DNA of 63,381 bases, filler included, from Choristocarpus tenellus KU-1152 (Eukaryota > Protista > Phaeophyceae), in NCBI GenBank assembly GCA_964200185.2. It is 10 parts of 10 records of this genome, joined end to end, with 100 filler letters (N's around TTAATTAATTAA, not from the genome) between each part and the next. Parts side by side here need not be neighbours in the genome. Positions count along the whole stretch, not along the records: positions 19,080 to 37,743 come from CAXNAD020000527.1; 9 more parts are not named here. One strand, 5' to 3'. Under the pieces are notes generated by a model. It was not told the origin of the DNA. It searched no databases and worked only from the letters and a program-made list of their open reading frames with translations. The first letter of the stretch is position 1. Every line of letters begins with the position of its first letter. The position numbers and the translations under genes are program-made. Below, one piece after another: positions 23,219 through 37,621 of the stretch.

Positions 23219-26200
23219 TCACGAAATACTGCAACCACCAGGGCCATCTGCTTGCAGCTGGCCTTGTTGACCCCCAGTGCAAGCTTGGAACAAGAATAGT
23301 TTTGGATGTGCAGCTCCAGGTTGTATAGTAGTACTACGCTCTCCCTCCTGCTGCTGATCATGTAGGTCATCAAAGTTCAAATAGGGATCCACACCTGCTT
23401 CAGGTAGCTGGGTACAGCAAAGAGTGAAAGGGTTGAATTGGGAAAGGTGGGACAGTGGACATCAACCCTGGCTAATACAATTCAACAGAGGAAAGTGTAA
23501 TACAGGTGGTGTAGGTAGGTACGCACCCATGACAACAATCTGGGGTTGAATGATTTACATGTGGAGGTCAGATACACCTTAGAGAGTACTATTGACTCCT
23601 ATCAATGCAATACACAACAAAACAACAGGTATCACACCAACCAGAAAGTGCCAATAATGTAGAAATAAACTAACTGCACCTGGCCCTCAACCTCCAATTC
23701 ATTTTACAAATAAATTATAAACATAAGGGGAGCAAAAAAGACTCACCTTTTCCTTCTTCAGCGATTCCATGCTGGAATCCAGCTTACCCCCTTCTGACCC
23801 TAACACAGGAAGATTTACATTGCATTGCTCATCTCCCTCCTTCCCTTCATCCCCCACACATTCAAGACCATGCACCAATAACCCCTGCCCCTCAACTTGC
23901 ACCTTGGCCTCTCCCAATTCCTCCTCTTTCGCCTGAAATAAGGCAACTCCTGGGTCAACAGCAACAGCAACAGCACTGAATTTCTTCACAGATGCCACAG
24001 GACGCTCCGGGGTGGTCTCTGGTGTCGTTCTCAAAGAACCAATACTCCGTTGTGCCACATTAATGTCCACATTGGGTGGGATTCTGACAGCAGGAGGAAG
24101 TACAGTAGGTGGTGGGAATGAAGAGGCTGTCACAGCGTCTGACAATGCCAAGGATGCATCTGTCAAAGTCGAAGAGGCAACCTCAATGGATGCCTCTTCA
24201 AGAGCAACCAAGGAAGATGGCTTCCCAATTTCTACACCATCTAATGCATCAGTGGGGACTGGGCCCTCCTGGTCAGTCACTTGCGAAGAGAGGGGAGTGA
24301 CATCAGCAGCATTTGAAATATTTTTCTTGCCATCGAACGCTTCATCCCCAGTCTCCCCCACCAACACACTCGTGTCGGTTTCAACCAAAAGGTTGCTTGC
24401 TTCAGCAAGATCACCCTCGTCAGCCTCAGCGGTAGGCTCTGAAGCAGTTTTATCACCCACCTCATCCTGTTTCACAAGGGGATCACCCTCCACAGCACCA
24501 TCACCAACCTTCATTAAGACCAAATCTCCATCGGATCTAACCAGGTCCTTAGCACGCTCGATCAGACTACTACCCAAATTATGCAGGCCCTTCAATTCTT
24601 CATCTGCTTCGTCCGCTTTGTCAAGCACCTCACCAAGGGCACCCTCACTTGCATCAACAACCCGTGCATCATCACAACCAACAGCATCAGTCTCTGCAAG
24701 CAAATTTGCAATCTCATGGGAAGCCTGAGCTGCAGACTCAACAACAGCCTCGGCATATCCATCACATGCCTCATGCACAGTAGCGCTCAATGAAGTCATA
24801 ACATCAACATCAATGCCACCCATCTCCTCGGTGCCGATGTCAACAGTTGCGACACCCTGATCCATACCCTCAACTATAGCATCCAAACCACTTTCACCTT
24901 CATTGTCAACGGCAGGTACTGGTAATGACTCAATGCTTTCAGATCCACCATCCTCAACATCTAAAACACCAGTTCCCTCCTCCACCTCCCTGTCATCCAA
25001 CACCTCTTCGGCACCAACCCTTTCCATTTCATCCCCCCCTTCATCGATCTTGTCTTCCATTCCATCCTCCTCCCCATCACAACCTAGGTCAGTGACTGGC
25101 TCGTTCACATCATTTCCAATTGCCGCAATAGGCATTGTTGAGCCATCACCAACATCAATGCCACCCAACTCCTCAGTACCTAGGTCAGCACTTGTGACAC
25201 CCAGATCCATATCCTTAACAGCATCCAAACCACTTTCAGCTTCACTGACCATACACAACATTTCACCTTCGTTGTCACCAGCAGGTACTGGTATTGACCC
25301 AAGGCTTTCAGATCCAACATCCTCAACACCTAAAACACCAGATCCCTCCTCCTCTTCTGCCTCCACTCCCCTGTCACCCAACACCTCTTCAGCACCCTCT
25401 TTTTCCATTTCATCCTCCTCCCCATCACAACCTAGGTCTGTGACTGCCTCGTTCCCATCACTTCCAATTGCTGCAGAAGGCGTTGTTGAGCCAGCAGGTT
25501 GCCTGCATGTTCCCAAAGTTGTGGCGAGCGACAATGACTAAGGTGAGGATAGGATTTTGACAGACCTAGACCATCAGTCAGTGAAATCAATTTTGGTTTT
25601 GGTCTTGGAGTAGGCATTATTTCGTTGTTTTCATTGCGAAAAAAAAATGTGCCACAGTTGAAATCGCCACCACGGCATGTGAAGCTCACCAGGTCATCAC
25701 CACCAAATTAAAATCAATGATTGTAACGGTCGATTTCATATACGATGAATTTAATATGATATGGAGGGTTTAGCTGCCATGTGTACAAAATTGGCTTTAT
25801 CACAGAGGGTCTCAAACAGCAAAAAATACTTACGGAATCATCTATTCAACAATCATGATTGTAACTACTAACTATTCCACCTCTCAACTCCACTAGTCCC
25901 TAACCCTAGTCAGGCAGCAACACCTACAAAAAAATCCTACCACAAAAGAGGAGTATTCCCTTTCTCTCCGCTGTACTGAGCACTACCATCGGCAGTTCAT
26001 AATTTCAACATCAAATCTCCAAACTAAAACCCCCAACACTCCACAAAAGAAAAGCTGTTCATTCTTGATGCTATACCGATCTATAGAAGTACAATGTCAC
26101 TACTGTTGTTAATATCACCATCAGTCATGTTCACATTTGGACATCATGAGAAGAGACAGGCATAAAGCTGCACTCACTGGGAAGGAGCAGCCTCAAACTC

Positions 26201-29200
26201 CTCATCAACCACGATAGCCGCACCACCATCTGAGGAGGGTTCCTCTGTCAATAAACCTGCCAATGATCCATTCTCCTCGGGTGTTGCAATCGCATCCACT
26301 GAGGCAAAGACTTCGGAGGTGTTGGCAGATGACTCTTCCCCGTCAATGTTGTGCATCGAAGGCTCAGAATCCCTTAGTTCAGTTGAGGATATAGAGTTAG
26401 GAGTAATTGCATACACTAAAGGAGGCAAACAAACAAAAAAATTATTTCACGTATGCACAATGTAGTACAGATCTTCAAGTACACACTGTGTTCCTCTGTA
26501 TTACTTCTGGAACTGAGAGATTATCTCTGATAATGAGGGAGATGCATCTTAACCAATAAAAAGATGCTCTCAACCTAACCCTAAACATTTGAAAAAGAGG
26601 ACTATACTTACATTGCCATCCAGTTATCAACAAAGCAGTCGTTTTGATGTTGTAACAGGGCGTGAACAGATTATCAGGCAAACTTAACACACAGAAAAAA
26701 AGAATGTGATGAAACATGAAAAAATCACCTTGAAGGTAAGCATAGGTCCTTCAATACCTCCACCACCTCCTTAGCTGAGGGCAAATTCTTGTCCTCATCA
26801 CCAACCTCTCCCTCAACCCCAGGATCCACATCAATCACGGGCTGGTACTCCCCACCAGACTCTTCACAAGCAGCAGCATCATCAGCAGTATCCATATGGG
26901 TAGAGAGATTAGAAACCCTTGGGGAGATCTCACCCTCTGCCTCTACCCCTACCCCCTCATCTATTGTTAGAGGTGCTGCTGCTTCCACAATAACCTCTTC
27001 TGTAACTCCAGCATCTACCTCCACCTCCTCAACAAATGCAGGAGGAACCACTTCTAGGGGTACTATTTCTGTATCTTCAACCTCCATCGAAGGTTGATCT
27101 TGGACACACTCCGCCTGAGTTGTTGATTCCACATCATTCACAAGAGCCTCAGTCTGTGCACTACCATCCTCCTTCATATAGCCCAATGCGTGTTGATCAT
27201 GCCCACCCTCTTGTCCTTCCTGCACCAGGTCATACCTGCTTTGATTTTGAATGTGTAGTGAACATTGAACAAAAAAAATCAAGAAAATAAAATAAAATAT
27301 ATATATAGAGAGAGAGAGAGAGAGAGCCGGTGGCAACTCCTATCGCGAACCACAGGCTTCAATACATCATGTCAAAGTCTCAACCATAATTCAGGGTGGG
27401 TAACACATTTAAATAGGTCTGAACACCTCTAATAAGCACATTAGTTATATTATGCCTTATGTTGGGCACTTTCCACCAGAGGCATTTACCTGGAGAGACC
27501 CCGATAAAGATCAAAAATGTTTGACAGGAACCGCACAATATGTCCTCCAGCTCAGTAGACTTTCCACCTCACATCGGAATCACAGCAAGAGATGCCACCC
27601 ATTTCCAAAAAAATACTGAGTTCAAATCTAAAATCCAGAAAAAAATGTTAAAAAATCCCACTCAGAAAATGCACACACATTACACACAAGAGCAAAATAG
27701 TAACACAGCCTTAACCCAAACCCCATTCCTAATCTACTCTATATCTACAACCCCAAACTCAACGCGAGTGCTTCAAGCCCATTCTCTTACATAGCAGGTG
27801 AGAGAGGGCTCTCCACCAGTATGCTCTTGCCCTCCACACCCCACTCCACAGGCGGTGCTGGTCGGTCTTCATCCTTCACTTCTGCATCCACATCAATACT
27901 CAGACCTTCCCTGACCTCTATCGGACATAATAGACAATAACAACACACACACATACATACATATCCATGCATACACAAAAAAGAGGTGAGAGGTACGTAC
28001 ATAAAACGGCTAGGTGCATGCGTGTGCACCAACAGGTGAAGTGAGTACGCATCACACGTTATTATCACAAAACATTAAATACAGTACCCTAGTACGGAAA
28101 AATGGTACTGAGGTAAGGAACAAGCCACACATCTAACCCTAACCCTAAGGAAGTAGCGATACAGACCTGTATATACTCTGAAATATACCCACCAAGCAGG
28201 AAGGATGTATGTTTGACATCAACACGTATATGCGCACACTAAGAACACAGTGAGAACACCGTGAGATAGATGTATATAATATGTACACATTAACCGGGCC
28301 ATGGCCTACCCTTCACTTAAGTACGAAATGGTTGATCGTACCTTTTTCGCCCAAAAAATTGTAGGCAGTGCAAAATACCAGAGTGTGAATTAGATACTGT
28401 TGCATGTAACACACAAACAACCCTAACCCTAACAAAGGCAAACGCAAGTACGCTAAAAGGAGAATCCATCAGATACATCAAAAGTACTTCCACCAAACAA
28501 TTCCATACTCGCCTTCACTTCAACCACCTCCCCATTCACAACAATGATATACGCTAATGAGACTCATCAAGTAACCAAAACAGCACACTCACTCCTCCTA
28601 CCCCCCCCCTACCCCCACTTCCATGTCTCACTTCTTGCAGGACGAGGGACTATCCTTGATACAGAAGTCTTCTGCTGATTACTGACATCTGGGACAACAC
28701 CACCAGCACCCCTGGAAGACTGCGAAGGCGGTGTTGATGGAGACGGAGGGGCTAGCCCTCCTTCTACAATCCCACTGTAATTTTGCCCACTGAACGATTG
28801 GTGAGAACCAGTACTTGCCCTTGTAGAGACTTGTGTTGCTCCTGTTTGTTCCTGATGTGGTGCTGCATTCGAGTCTTTCTGTTCAGGAGGGTGCCAGGGT
28901 TCTGCAAGAGCAGATAGTGAGGATCGCCTTTGCAGTGGAGTTGGGAATGGGGCCATTGCTGCAGTAGAAGCTTGAGGCCTGCAGAGGGAATAAAGGGTAT
29001 GTTCGGGGGTGGGGGATACTTGACAGCATCCATATTTTGGTTATCTGGGAACTGAAAAAGGAACACTTCTTGTGTTCCTTTCGTATTGGAGGTAATGTTG
29101 AAGGCAAACCTTACAAGAAAGGAAGAGACAGATGGTTGACCTTGGCTGGTGCCATTCATATCGACATATTCATAGGCATGAAAATGTTTATAGGACGGAA

Positions 29201-30527
29201 TTTCATACAAATTTCATACAAATTTGCATCAAATTTTTCGCTGCAATATTGCAACAAACTTCTAGACCGAAACCGACTTTTGAAAGTTAAATTGTGCAAT
29301 TGCATTTTTCAAATAATCTTGAAATTATATCATTATTTATACTTAGCCTTCTGTTAGAAGGTCATTTCTCTCACTGAAGCCAACACAAGAATCCATAATC
29401 TTCCCACATTTTCCAAAGAATCTTCCACACTTCATGACCAAAACCATAATAATCTTAAGAAAGAACAGCATGCAAGATTTTACAGAATTATACAGAAAAA
29501 AAATTGCAACAAAATTTGGTTCAATGTTTCAGAATAGCGCCTTGTGTTTTATATAGGAACGGCATCTGGAACACAGTGAGAGCCAGCCCTACTAAAATAC
29601 TGCTCATAGGATACACACATAATGTTGAAATATATTCATTTTTCTGAATCAATCTCATAGCACAAACCTTGCTTCAGTAGATTCCAGTAGCGGCACAATT
29701 GACTGTTCCATGTCCAGTCCCTCTGTTGCTACATCCACCTTCTTCAGCATCTGGCAAACACCCACACCAACAAGAGATGACACTTGGAAATAGGGACAGG
29801 GCATAATATTACACTACACTGTAGAACAGGATTGTAACCCTAACCCTAACCCTAACCCTGACAAAGTAGAGAATCGCAAACAAAGCATACTGGCAAATTT
29901 CTCCCGTATATATATATATATATATATATATATACTACTGTTGTGAGAGAGATCATCCAATCCATTGATGTTGAACAAACCACAATGAAATAACACTATC
30001 AAATCCAATCGAGAACAGTGTGCCGAGTGTTGCATGGTGGGTGTGAAGAAACACCAAGCACAGCAAGGAATTAAAAAAAGAGAATCACACAGCACACATA
30101 CACAATGAAATAATCAACAAAATAACAAGGCTGCAATTACCATCCCAGATATTCCTTGATCAATCAAAACCAACTCAAACATGTGATTCACAACACCACC
30201 TCTTGCATGTGTAACAGCATGTGACCATAGCTCTGCCAACCATCGTAACTCTCACAATGATTTGTCCTGACAACCAAAGATTATTATTAAAACCATACAA
30301 AAAACAAACAAGAAACGCATTGAAAATGACCATGGTGCCCAATACAAAGACTTGTCTTTCTTACCTGTTCAATGTCAACAGACTGCTCCCCTTTGAGCTC
30401 TTCATCAGAACAATCTTCTTCCCCCTCCTCCACCAGCTCCACCAGCTTCACTGCTGACTCCATTGGTTGTCTCGACATTCCCACAGTTTGCTCAACAATA
30501 TCCGCCATCAACGGAGCAGACTTGGCC
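23219..30527 (-). CDS. Large (~1100 aa) acidic low-complexity protein with a PAM2-like motif and C-terminal CaaX (CSIS). Exons 30527-30365, 29750-29668, 28978-28632, 27917-27791, 27235-26729, 26372-26178, 25502-23747, 23407-23219. Possible upstream exon near 31600-31670
   Basis: All eight exons have AG/GT boundaries and consistent phases (0,2,1,2,2,2,0). Composition is D/E/V/G-rich. SSLSALAEPWHP occurs in the third exon and the protein ends ...GPGGCSIS*. Confidence 0.8.
24800..25490 (-). repeat. Intra-exonic tandem duplication of ~115 aa
   Basis: AAIG(S/N)D(G/V)NE(A/P)VTDLGCDGEED...GAEEVL(G/D)DR...GSES...PVPA(G/V)DNEGE...SGLDA...GTEE(L/M)GGIDV occurs twice. Confidence 0.9.
29838..29858. repeat. 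Interstitial telomere-like (CCCTAA)n. Other short tracts at ~12204, 25898, 28137, 28421
   Basis: CCCTAACCCTAACCCTAACCC within an intron. Confidence 0.85.
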
Positions 30528-32544
30528 CTATTGTGGTTTTTCTTCCTTGGTCATGGTGGGATAAAAAAATTGACATAAAAAAAATGCAGAGCTATGATTA
30601 CACAGGGCAGTAAAAAGAGAAAAATGCTACAATTCCACAAAAAAAATATCGTGGAGATGACAGCTGCCTTCTGAACTATTTTGGAGAAAAAGAGGTCAAT
30701 CCATTTCACTGTGTCAACACCAGAGTAAATCTAAACACAAACCACTGTTCATTACTTCTACCCCTAGAGTTTAGATCGTATTTCTTGACTTTGACTGTGA
30801 TTCAGGCAATGCCACCATAGTAGAATCTCTAATATTGCACCTCCAAAGGCAAACTTTAATCTCCCCAATTTCTATTTTGTTCTTCAAGAAAGATCTCTTC
30901 AAAAAGATCTATGAATGATTCGTATAAAAAAGGTAACAGAAGTGGAGGTTAAACTAAGTAGGGCAGATCACTGAACTAAATAATAGAAAACAAAAATCAG
31001 GTTTTGAATATTGTGTGTGATGAACTTCAGTGAGATTGCTTCAACTTTAACCAATAGTTAACACCCTTGAAATATATGAACAGTAAAAACATACACACTG
31101 TGGGAATGCAATGCACCTGTTCAACACCCAGGCTACCATCTACTTATGGTAACTGGCAGTCCCTCCAAAGAAAAAAAAAAATCGCACACATTGGGAAGAT
31201 CAATACATGAGATTCTCTGACGCACATTGATAATTATCTAATTTGAATGTGTACATACATTCACCACCTAATGTCGAAAAGGAGGTCTGCTACTTCCGTA
31301 AATTTTTTGGGGGATCTATCATCTGGAAGCAACACATGGCTACCCCGAAAATTAAAACATCCTTGCATCGATTTTGCGTGAAAAAAAAAAGGACAGTTGA
31401 GGTTTTGGGGACAAATTGCATAATTGCATCGGATGACAGCGGTGCATCTTTCCACTCAGGTTGACCACTAGGATATCCACTACGATAGGTTGACCTTAAA
31501 ACACGACGTTATCGTACCGTTGAACAATATAGCAGGATGGCGTACATGCGACAAAGCGTTATCCTTTGTGCAAATATTGACCAACATCCTTGTAGCTTAC
31601 ACATTTGCCCCTACTTGAAAAACTGCACTCCAAGATACGAAGTTCACTCTAAAGAGAGTTCGCATCGATCTTGAACAGAACCCTGTGGGAGACCAGCCAC
31701 TACTCCAACAGAATTGAAGCAGTAGACACGTACACTTCGTATCTCGGTGAAGAGGAAGAAGGCCAACACCGTCGATCCAAATCCATATAGTTCTCCTATA
31801 TCTCAACGGTAGCAGGACAGTGCAAGCCTCTAGTCGCATACGATTGTATTAGGAGCGGACTTACGGCTGACGAACGCGTATATAACCAAGAAATGTGCTC
31901 AGCCATGATATCACAGCATTCAAGCCACACACAAACAAAAAAATAGTTCTCCATTCTGTTGACCATGACGAACACCGATGATGAGTCTAGTAGTATTGTC
32001 GAATTTTTTATAGTTGGGTTCAACAACCCCAGTTTCGACAGTGTGGTGATGGCAGGTGGAAACACAAATTTGAGAGTGCGATACGTCGCAATCGGATAGT
32101 GCAACCGTTGTTTGGGTTCGATCAATCCCCCCCATAAATATCCTCCAAATTTGGCCACCCGCATCGATACATTGCTCATCTTCTTAGCGCAATAGACTCA
32201 GGTTCGAAGTTTCATACCCTAGGCTGGTATGTATTCCGATTGCTTGGAGTAGAACGCCTGGCGATACCAGCTCCATCTATGACATGCAGAAAACACACTA
32301 CTAATATACATACCTGACTTACCACCAACGGTACTCTCTGTGACTCTCAAACTTTCGATAACACCGTCTTTCCCACCTATATTAGAACTTGATGGTCAAA
32401 AATAGTTTGAGCGTCACCATGGCAGGAACGCACCAACACTTGAGACACACTCACAACTTTTCACAGAAAAATGAAGTGGATGTTTTTCATTGGCCAAGAA
32501 AAGAGCCGAACCTTGAGGATTGCTTCATACTTGATATCATAATA

Positions 32545-32615
32545 TATTATAATACCCTCTGACACTTTGGAGATGTGTCAGGGGAAAAACAAATGAAAAC
32601 TATACATATTTCAGT
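32545..32615 (+). repeat. Short hairpin-bearing dispersed repeat, third copy of the 46311/46844 element
   Basis: TATTATAATACCCTCTGACACTTTGGAGATGTGTCAGGGGAAAAACAAATGAAAACTATACATAT. Confidence 0.8.
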
Positions 32616-33940
32616 ATAAGATATCATCATCAAGACAAATATATTCACTCCACAACAACCAGCGCGTCGAAATACAGTTTGGGTTGAGTGGATGGTACGG
32701 TCGGTATATTATGATTGAGGAATGAGGGAGTTGATTATTTTATAACTAAAAAGGTGTAAGGGGTATGACGTTGGTCTTTGAAAGGTGAAGATGTGTTAGA
32801 AAGAAAAAGAGAAAGAACAAAACATAGACTTCCATAGAATCAGGAATGAAAAAAGAGATAGTATAAATTAGTATTTAATTAGTAGTTGTGTAGTGTTTAA
32901 GAAATAAGAAGATACTAAATTCTATAGAAGAAAAAAAACAGAGTAAGAAAAACATATTGCACCAACGATTGACACCTCATTGATTGCAGATGTACTATTA
33001 TGACTTTCGAGTAAGGTTGCTATTTTTCGGTTGGGTCAACTGCACAATGGTGGTATGACAAGAAAAACTGTTGATGGAATATGTGGATATACCTACACCA
33101 TGTGGGGTAAAAGTGCACCATCGTACCCCTGCAATGATTGACTATTAATTTCCATGTGGGGAGAAAGCAGGAAATTTCCGACGCAGCGAACACATTGCCA
33201 ACCCCCCCGCCCCCCGTGGTATTTACTGCACCTTCCACTCATACTACTAATGCCTTCTTCGCAGTATTTGGCCACACCGATTTCTTACACAAAGAAGGAA
33301 GGCGTGAAAGTTAAAATTTTAGGATCACAGTGACTTCTAGTTTTCTACTTGAAACACGATTTGAGATTTTTTAAGGTGAACTATGAAAAAAACTATTGAA
33401 ACCCAATAATGAACTACAACACTGTTCAAGGCTCACTGACATTTTACAGACTATGTTCTCATGTGAAGGACAGGAAACAACAGAAGGCACAGAATACAAC
33501 CAACACAACATCAGAGTCTGTACTGCTTACAATAAAGGTCTTCCAATACACTAACACTAGTGGTACATCTCTTTGAAACAGTCAGCTTTGTCCATGCTAC
33601 AAATTAGATTTCGGGGTAATTTTCCCACATTTTAAATCTACAAAATTTCAGAAATATTAGTGGATACAAATAAATTAGACAGTCCTAATAAAGTAAGTAC
33701 ACAATAAGAAAGGAACGCCTGAGTACATAGCATGAATTAGGCCCTTTGCGGAACATGTTGGTGGCACAAATGATTTTCGTAGTTTAGTGGCATTCAAAGG
33801 AAGATTATGAAGAGCTGGTGTATGTCATCCTGAAGCAGGCCATCCAAGCCACCAACACCATCACCATCACTATATGCTGAACATTGATTTCTCGTTGTAT
33901 CTCTCTTGGGTAGACTCTTCTTGCATCCTTTTTCGTACGA

Positions 33941-36900
33941 CTAATGTTCTTGTGGGCTAGCTAGTTCATCACCCCTACCGTCCTTATCATGGACACATAA
34001 TTCATAGACCATTCCTTCATCGCGCAATGTGTTATCTCCTTCCCACAGAACTGTCATGGACAGATTCTGATAAGGAAATGCTTCAGTCGGACCCATTCTA
34101 GAACCATAGTATCCTAGAGGAGGGGAACAGATATCCATCCATCACCTATATGACCCTGTGGATCTTTTCATGCCATATGTGTGAACGTGTCAGATATGGG
34201 GGCAATTTTCTTAATCTGGATGCCCCTTTCTCATCATACCCCTCAAGAGAGGATCCATTTCCCATCGATTGATCAACCAGGGGGACATTGATTGCTTACC
34301 AGAACAGTTTCATGCAATAAGCACATCTGAGGGTTGTCAAAAGCAATTCTAGCTCAGCAACCATCAATGAACTGCTTTGTGCTAACAAGATGAAGTTGTT
34401 CATTGCAGTAATAATAGCAGAGTACACAGTATTGAAAATAAGGATACAGTGAACTACCTGCTTTTGAGACTACCACCCCATCAAGTCTGGTTTGGGAATG
34501 ACCTTACAGGTGGCTTACAAGGAACGGACAAGGGGGGGCTTAACGTGCAAAGTCACCAACCAAAAAAATAAAAAGATAAATCTACACTTTCCTGCTAAGG
34601 CCTCTTCCTAGCAACAAAAACGCAATGCCAAGAAAATTCGAAAAATTCCGATTTTCCCAATACTTTCTAGGAACGGGAGAGGAACGGGCCTTCAAGATTG
34701 GAATAATTAGAAATGCAGAATAAATTCTTCTCGTTAGAAACAGGCCCAAACACAAAAATCTCGGTAATTGGCGGGTTGTCTGACTGTGTCAGACTTCTCC
34801 TCCACATTGGGTGATGAAAGTTAAGGTCTTTTCCATTCATACACCACGCCAATCAATCACCACTCCACATTCGTACCTCACATTTACAGCAAAAACTCAA
34901 GGGAGGCAATCAGAGACTAGCGTATGCGTATGAAGGAGGGCTGTGGTGTGGTCAGTGGCATTGTACAATCACATGCAAAACTGTTGACAGTGCAAGTAGC
35001 GCTGAATATTGACCTTCAATTTCATATTGACAGAAACCAGAAAGTTCCTGGATCGGTTGGCCTGGCTGGTAAGAAAAAAAGGGACATGTTGCAATGTCAT
35101 CAGAAAAATGTGTATCTCAAGGACCAGTACGTTGTGTGAGGTCCAAATCCAACGGCTGCAGCCTAAGACTATGCGATTACATTTCTTCTGATGTTTCTGG
35201 TGAATTAGTAACTGTTCCTTTCGATTTAGTTTTTACGGACATTATTATTATTATTATTATCATTATTATTAATAATTATGAACCTTCACGAAACCAATGA
35301 CCTTCAAAAAGAAAAGGGATCATCTTCATTTGCATAGTCCACACTCACACCTATTGACCCTACACCAAAGGATAATCTCGTCGGGGAGTCTTCTCCTTGG
35401 CACGGACCTACAGAGACGCTCAAGGAGCCACAGAATGATAGGCATCTCATCTGAGAAAACATGAACCTGGGCTTGACGGAATGTGGTCATGGAAGGTTCT
35501 ACCCAGGCAGATTCCATTAGGAACACTACAATTACCTCCTTTCACAGACATTCATATTGTGGAACAAGTGTATTGTTATCAACCCACAACATATCCAAAT
35601 ACTTTTCAGAAGGTGCTCAGCACTGATGGGGATTGGTTTTAGTAGGTGATGGGTGCGACGCAACAAGCCTGATATCACTAAACCACCCTGCCAAATATAC
35701 AGCTTATTGCCCGCAGATATTGGGATTTCAAAAACCAAATAATACAGTCAGCCAGTAGAACAAATGTCCTACTTACACCTTGCTACAGCCACAGTTCCAG
35801 TTCCACAACAAATTCAAAGTTTCAAGTGTCAAGCGTCAAGTGTCAAGCGTCAAGTGTCAAGCGTCAAGTGTCAAGCATCAAGTTTGGTCCAGAAAAAAAT
35901 ACATACACATCCTCGAATAAACCAAAATTAAGAACACACCTCTACAGCTAAAACACACCTGACTGCAGTTTCGAAGAACGTAGACCTGGCATCCGCCGTG
36001 GTAGGCGTCATACATTGTACTCCCTTGGCAAGGGCCTGCTTCCAAAGAAAAATCTCAGAGGCCGCTGCCCACCCTCCCCCATGCCCGCTGCCATCATCAT
36101 CAGTAGAGTCTGAGGCTGATTGCACCTTTTCCTGTTCCTCCTTGTGAGCTCCTTCACGTTGCATCTGCCGGTGCACTCCCTCCCTTGCTCGAGACCACAG
36201 TGGTCTATCTCGAGTGGTATGCCCCGAAAAACGTTCGGGTGCTGCTTTCTGGAAGGCGTTGAGAGACACGTTGAAGTTAGCCGCAGGAAAAGGTTGGGGG
36301 GGATAATTGTGGAAGGGGAAGTGGGGGGGAGGGGGGGGGGCGCAGGAAAGTAATGACTCATCACAAATGACAAGGAATGGCTACTGTGACCACTATGTAG
36401 CGCTATATTTCGCGACTGAGCACTACGAACATCAACCCACAATCAAAAACTACGGGTGAGGTGAATTAGGGAACAAATGAAACTCAAAAGGCAGTGGTAA
36501 ATAGAGGTATGTACGTGTGAAACATTTGCATTGGTGGTAGCATCAACCAACCTCAGTGACAGGATTAATGCCCAGGCTCTTTAGGAAATTCCATCCGTCT
36601 TTTGGAGTGGTTGGCTTGTTGTCTGCCTGTCGACCAGCAACCCACCGGCGGATGAACCGCTCCTTCCCCTCAGGAGTCGCAAGATTCAGCTTCAGTACAA
36701 AGTTGTACATGGCATCAGTGCCCTGTCCAACCCCAGCACACACCAACACAGAAGCGATACATAAGATGGCATTGGGCATGGCGGCAGAGAGTTGCTGCAG
36801 ATCTCTTGAACGCAAAAAAAGTGACAGTTACATCCAGAAAAAAAAAATACAACACGAAAAAAAAATATGTCGGGGGTTTGTTGATGTAAACAGACGCTTT

Positions 36901-37621
36901 CAACGTACACAATAATCGAATACTATTTGCCGCCCCTTCACCTGTCACGTCTTGAATCCCGATTAAAACACTACCGTCAAACAGTGGTATCACAGTGTTT
37001 GACAAAACCAGATGGCGGAGCCCTCAAAACCCTGAGTCAAGTCAAGCCAGATAACATTGCTCCCCTTCAAAACAAAATCCTAACCCTTCCTTCAGGAAGA
37101 GATCACAAGATCCTCAGCACTCGTAGTAGCACCTGTGACACTTTTTTAAGAGTCTCCTTTCCCTCGATGACCTTGGTCTTGTACTCTGCCTCCTGCTTTG
37201 CCTTCTTCTTTTGGAACGTCTCCAGGGTATCTTGCCTAGAAGCAACACAAAAACAAGCAGTGTCAGTTACACACATAGAAAGAGCACAACACACAAACAC
37301 AAAATCAACAATCATCGAACAGTCTAAACATTGTACACACAAAATATCACACGATGAAAATGAAATAATGTCGACTATTCTAACTTGCAAAATCAGCTGA
37401 AAACAACACGTTAAACACATAAAAGAGTAGACTCTTTGCCAGTACTACGGAAATGCAATATATATATATATTCATATTGTAAGGAGGAATCTGGATTATA
37501 TTCACTAATAAAACCTCATCACTGCACTACCCTCAAGCAGAGTGTAGGTTTGAAGAACGCCATAGACCTACAGCAAAATATCATCAAAAGTGCATCTGAT
37601 AAATGATCAGAATTCAAGGAC
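33941..37621 (-). CDS. Hypothetical multi-exon protein of unknown function, partial
   Basis: Exon-like open segments with splice signals at ~37132-37234 (QDTLETFQKKKAKQEAEY...), ~36552-36804, ~35959-36248 and ~33979-34112. Not all phases could be reconciled. Confidence 0.45.
35822..35882. repeat. 14-bp tandem repeat (TCAAGTGTCAAGCG)x4
   Basis: Direct inspection. Confidence 0.92.

Noticed and set aside
24012-25541. Long plus-strand Ser/Pro-rich ORFs
   Set aside because: Antisense shadows of the acidic minus-strand exon.
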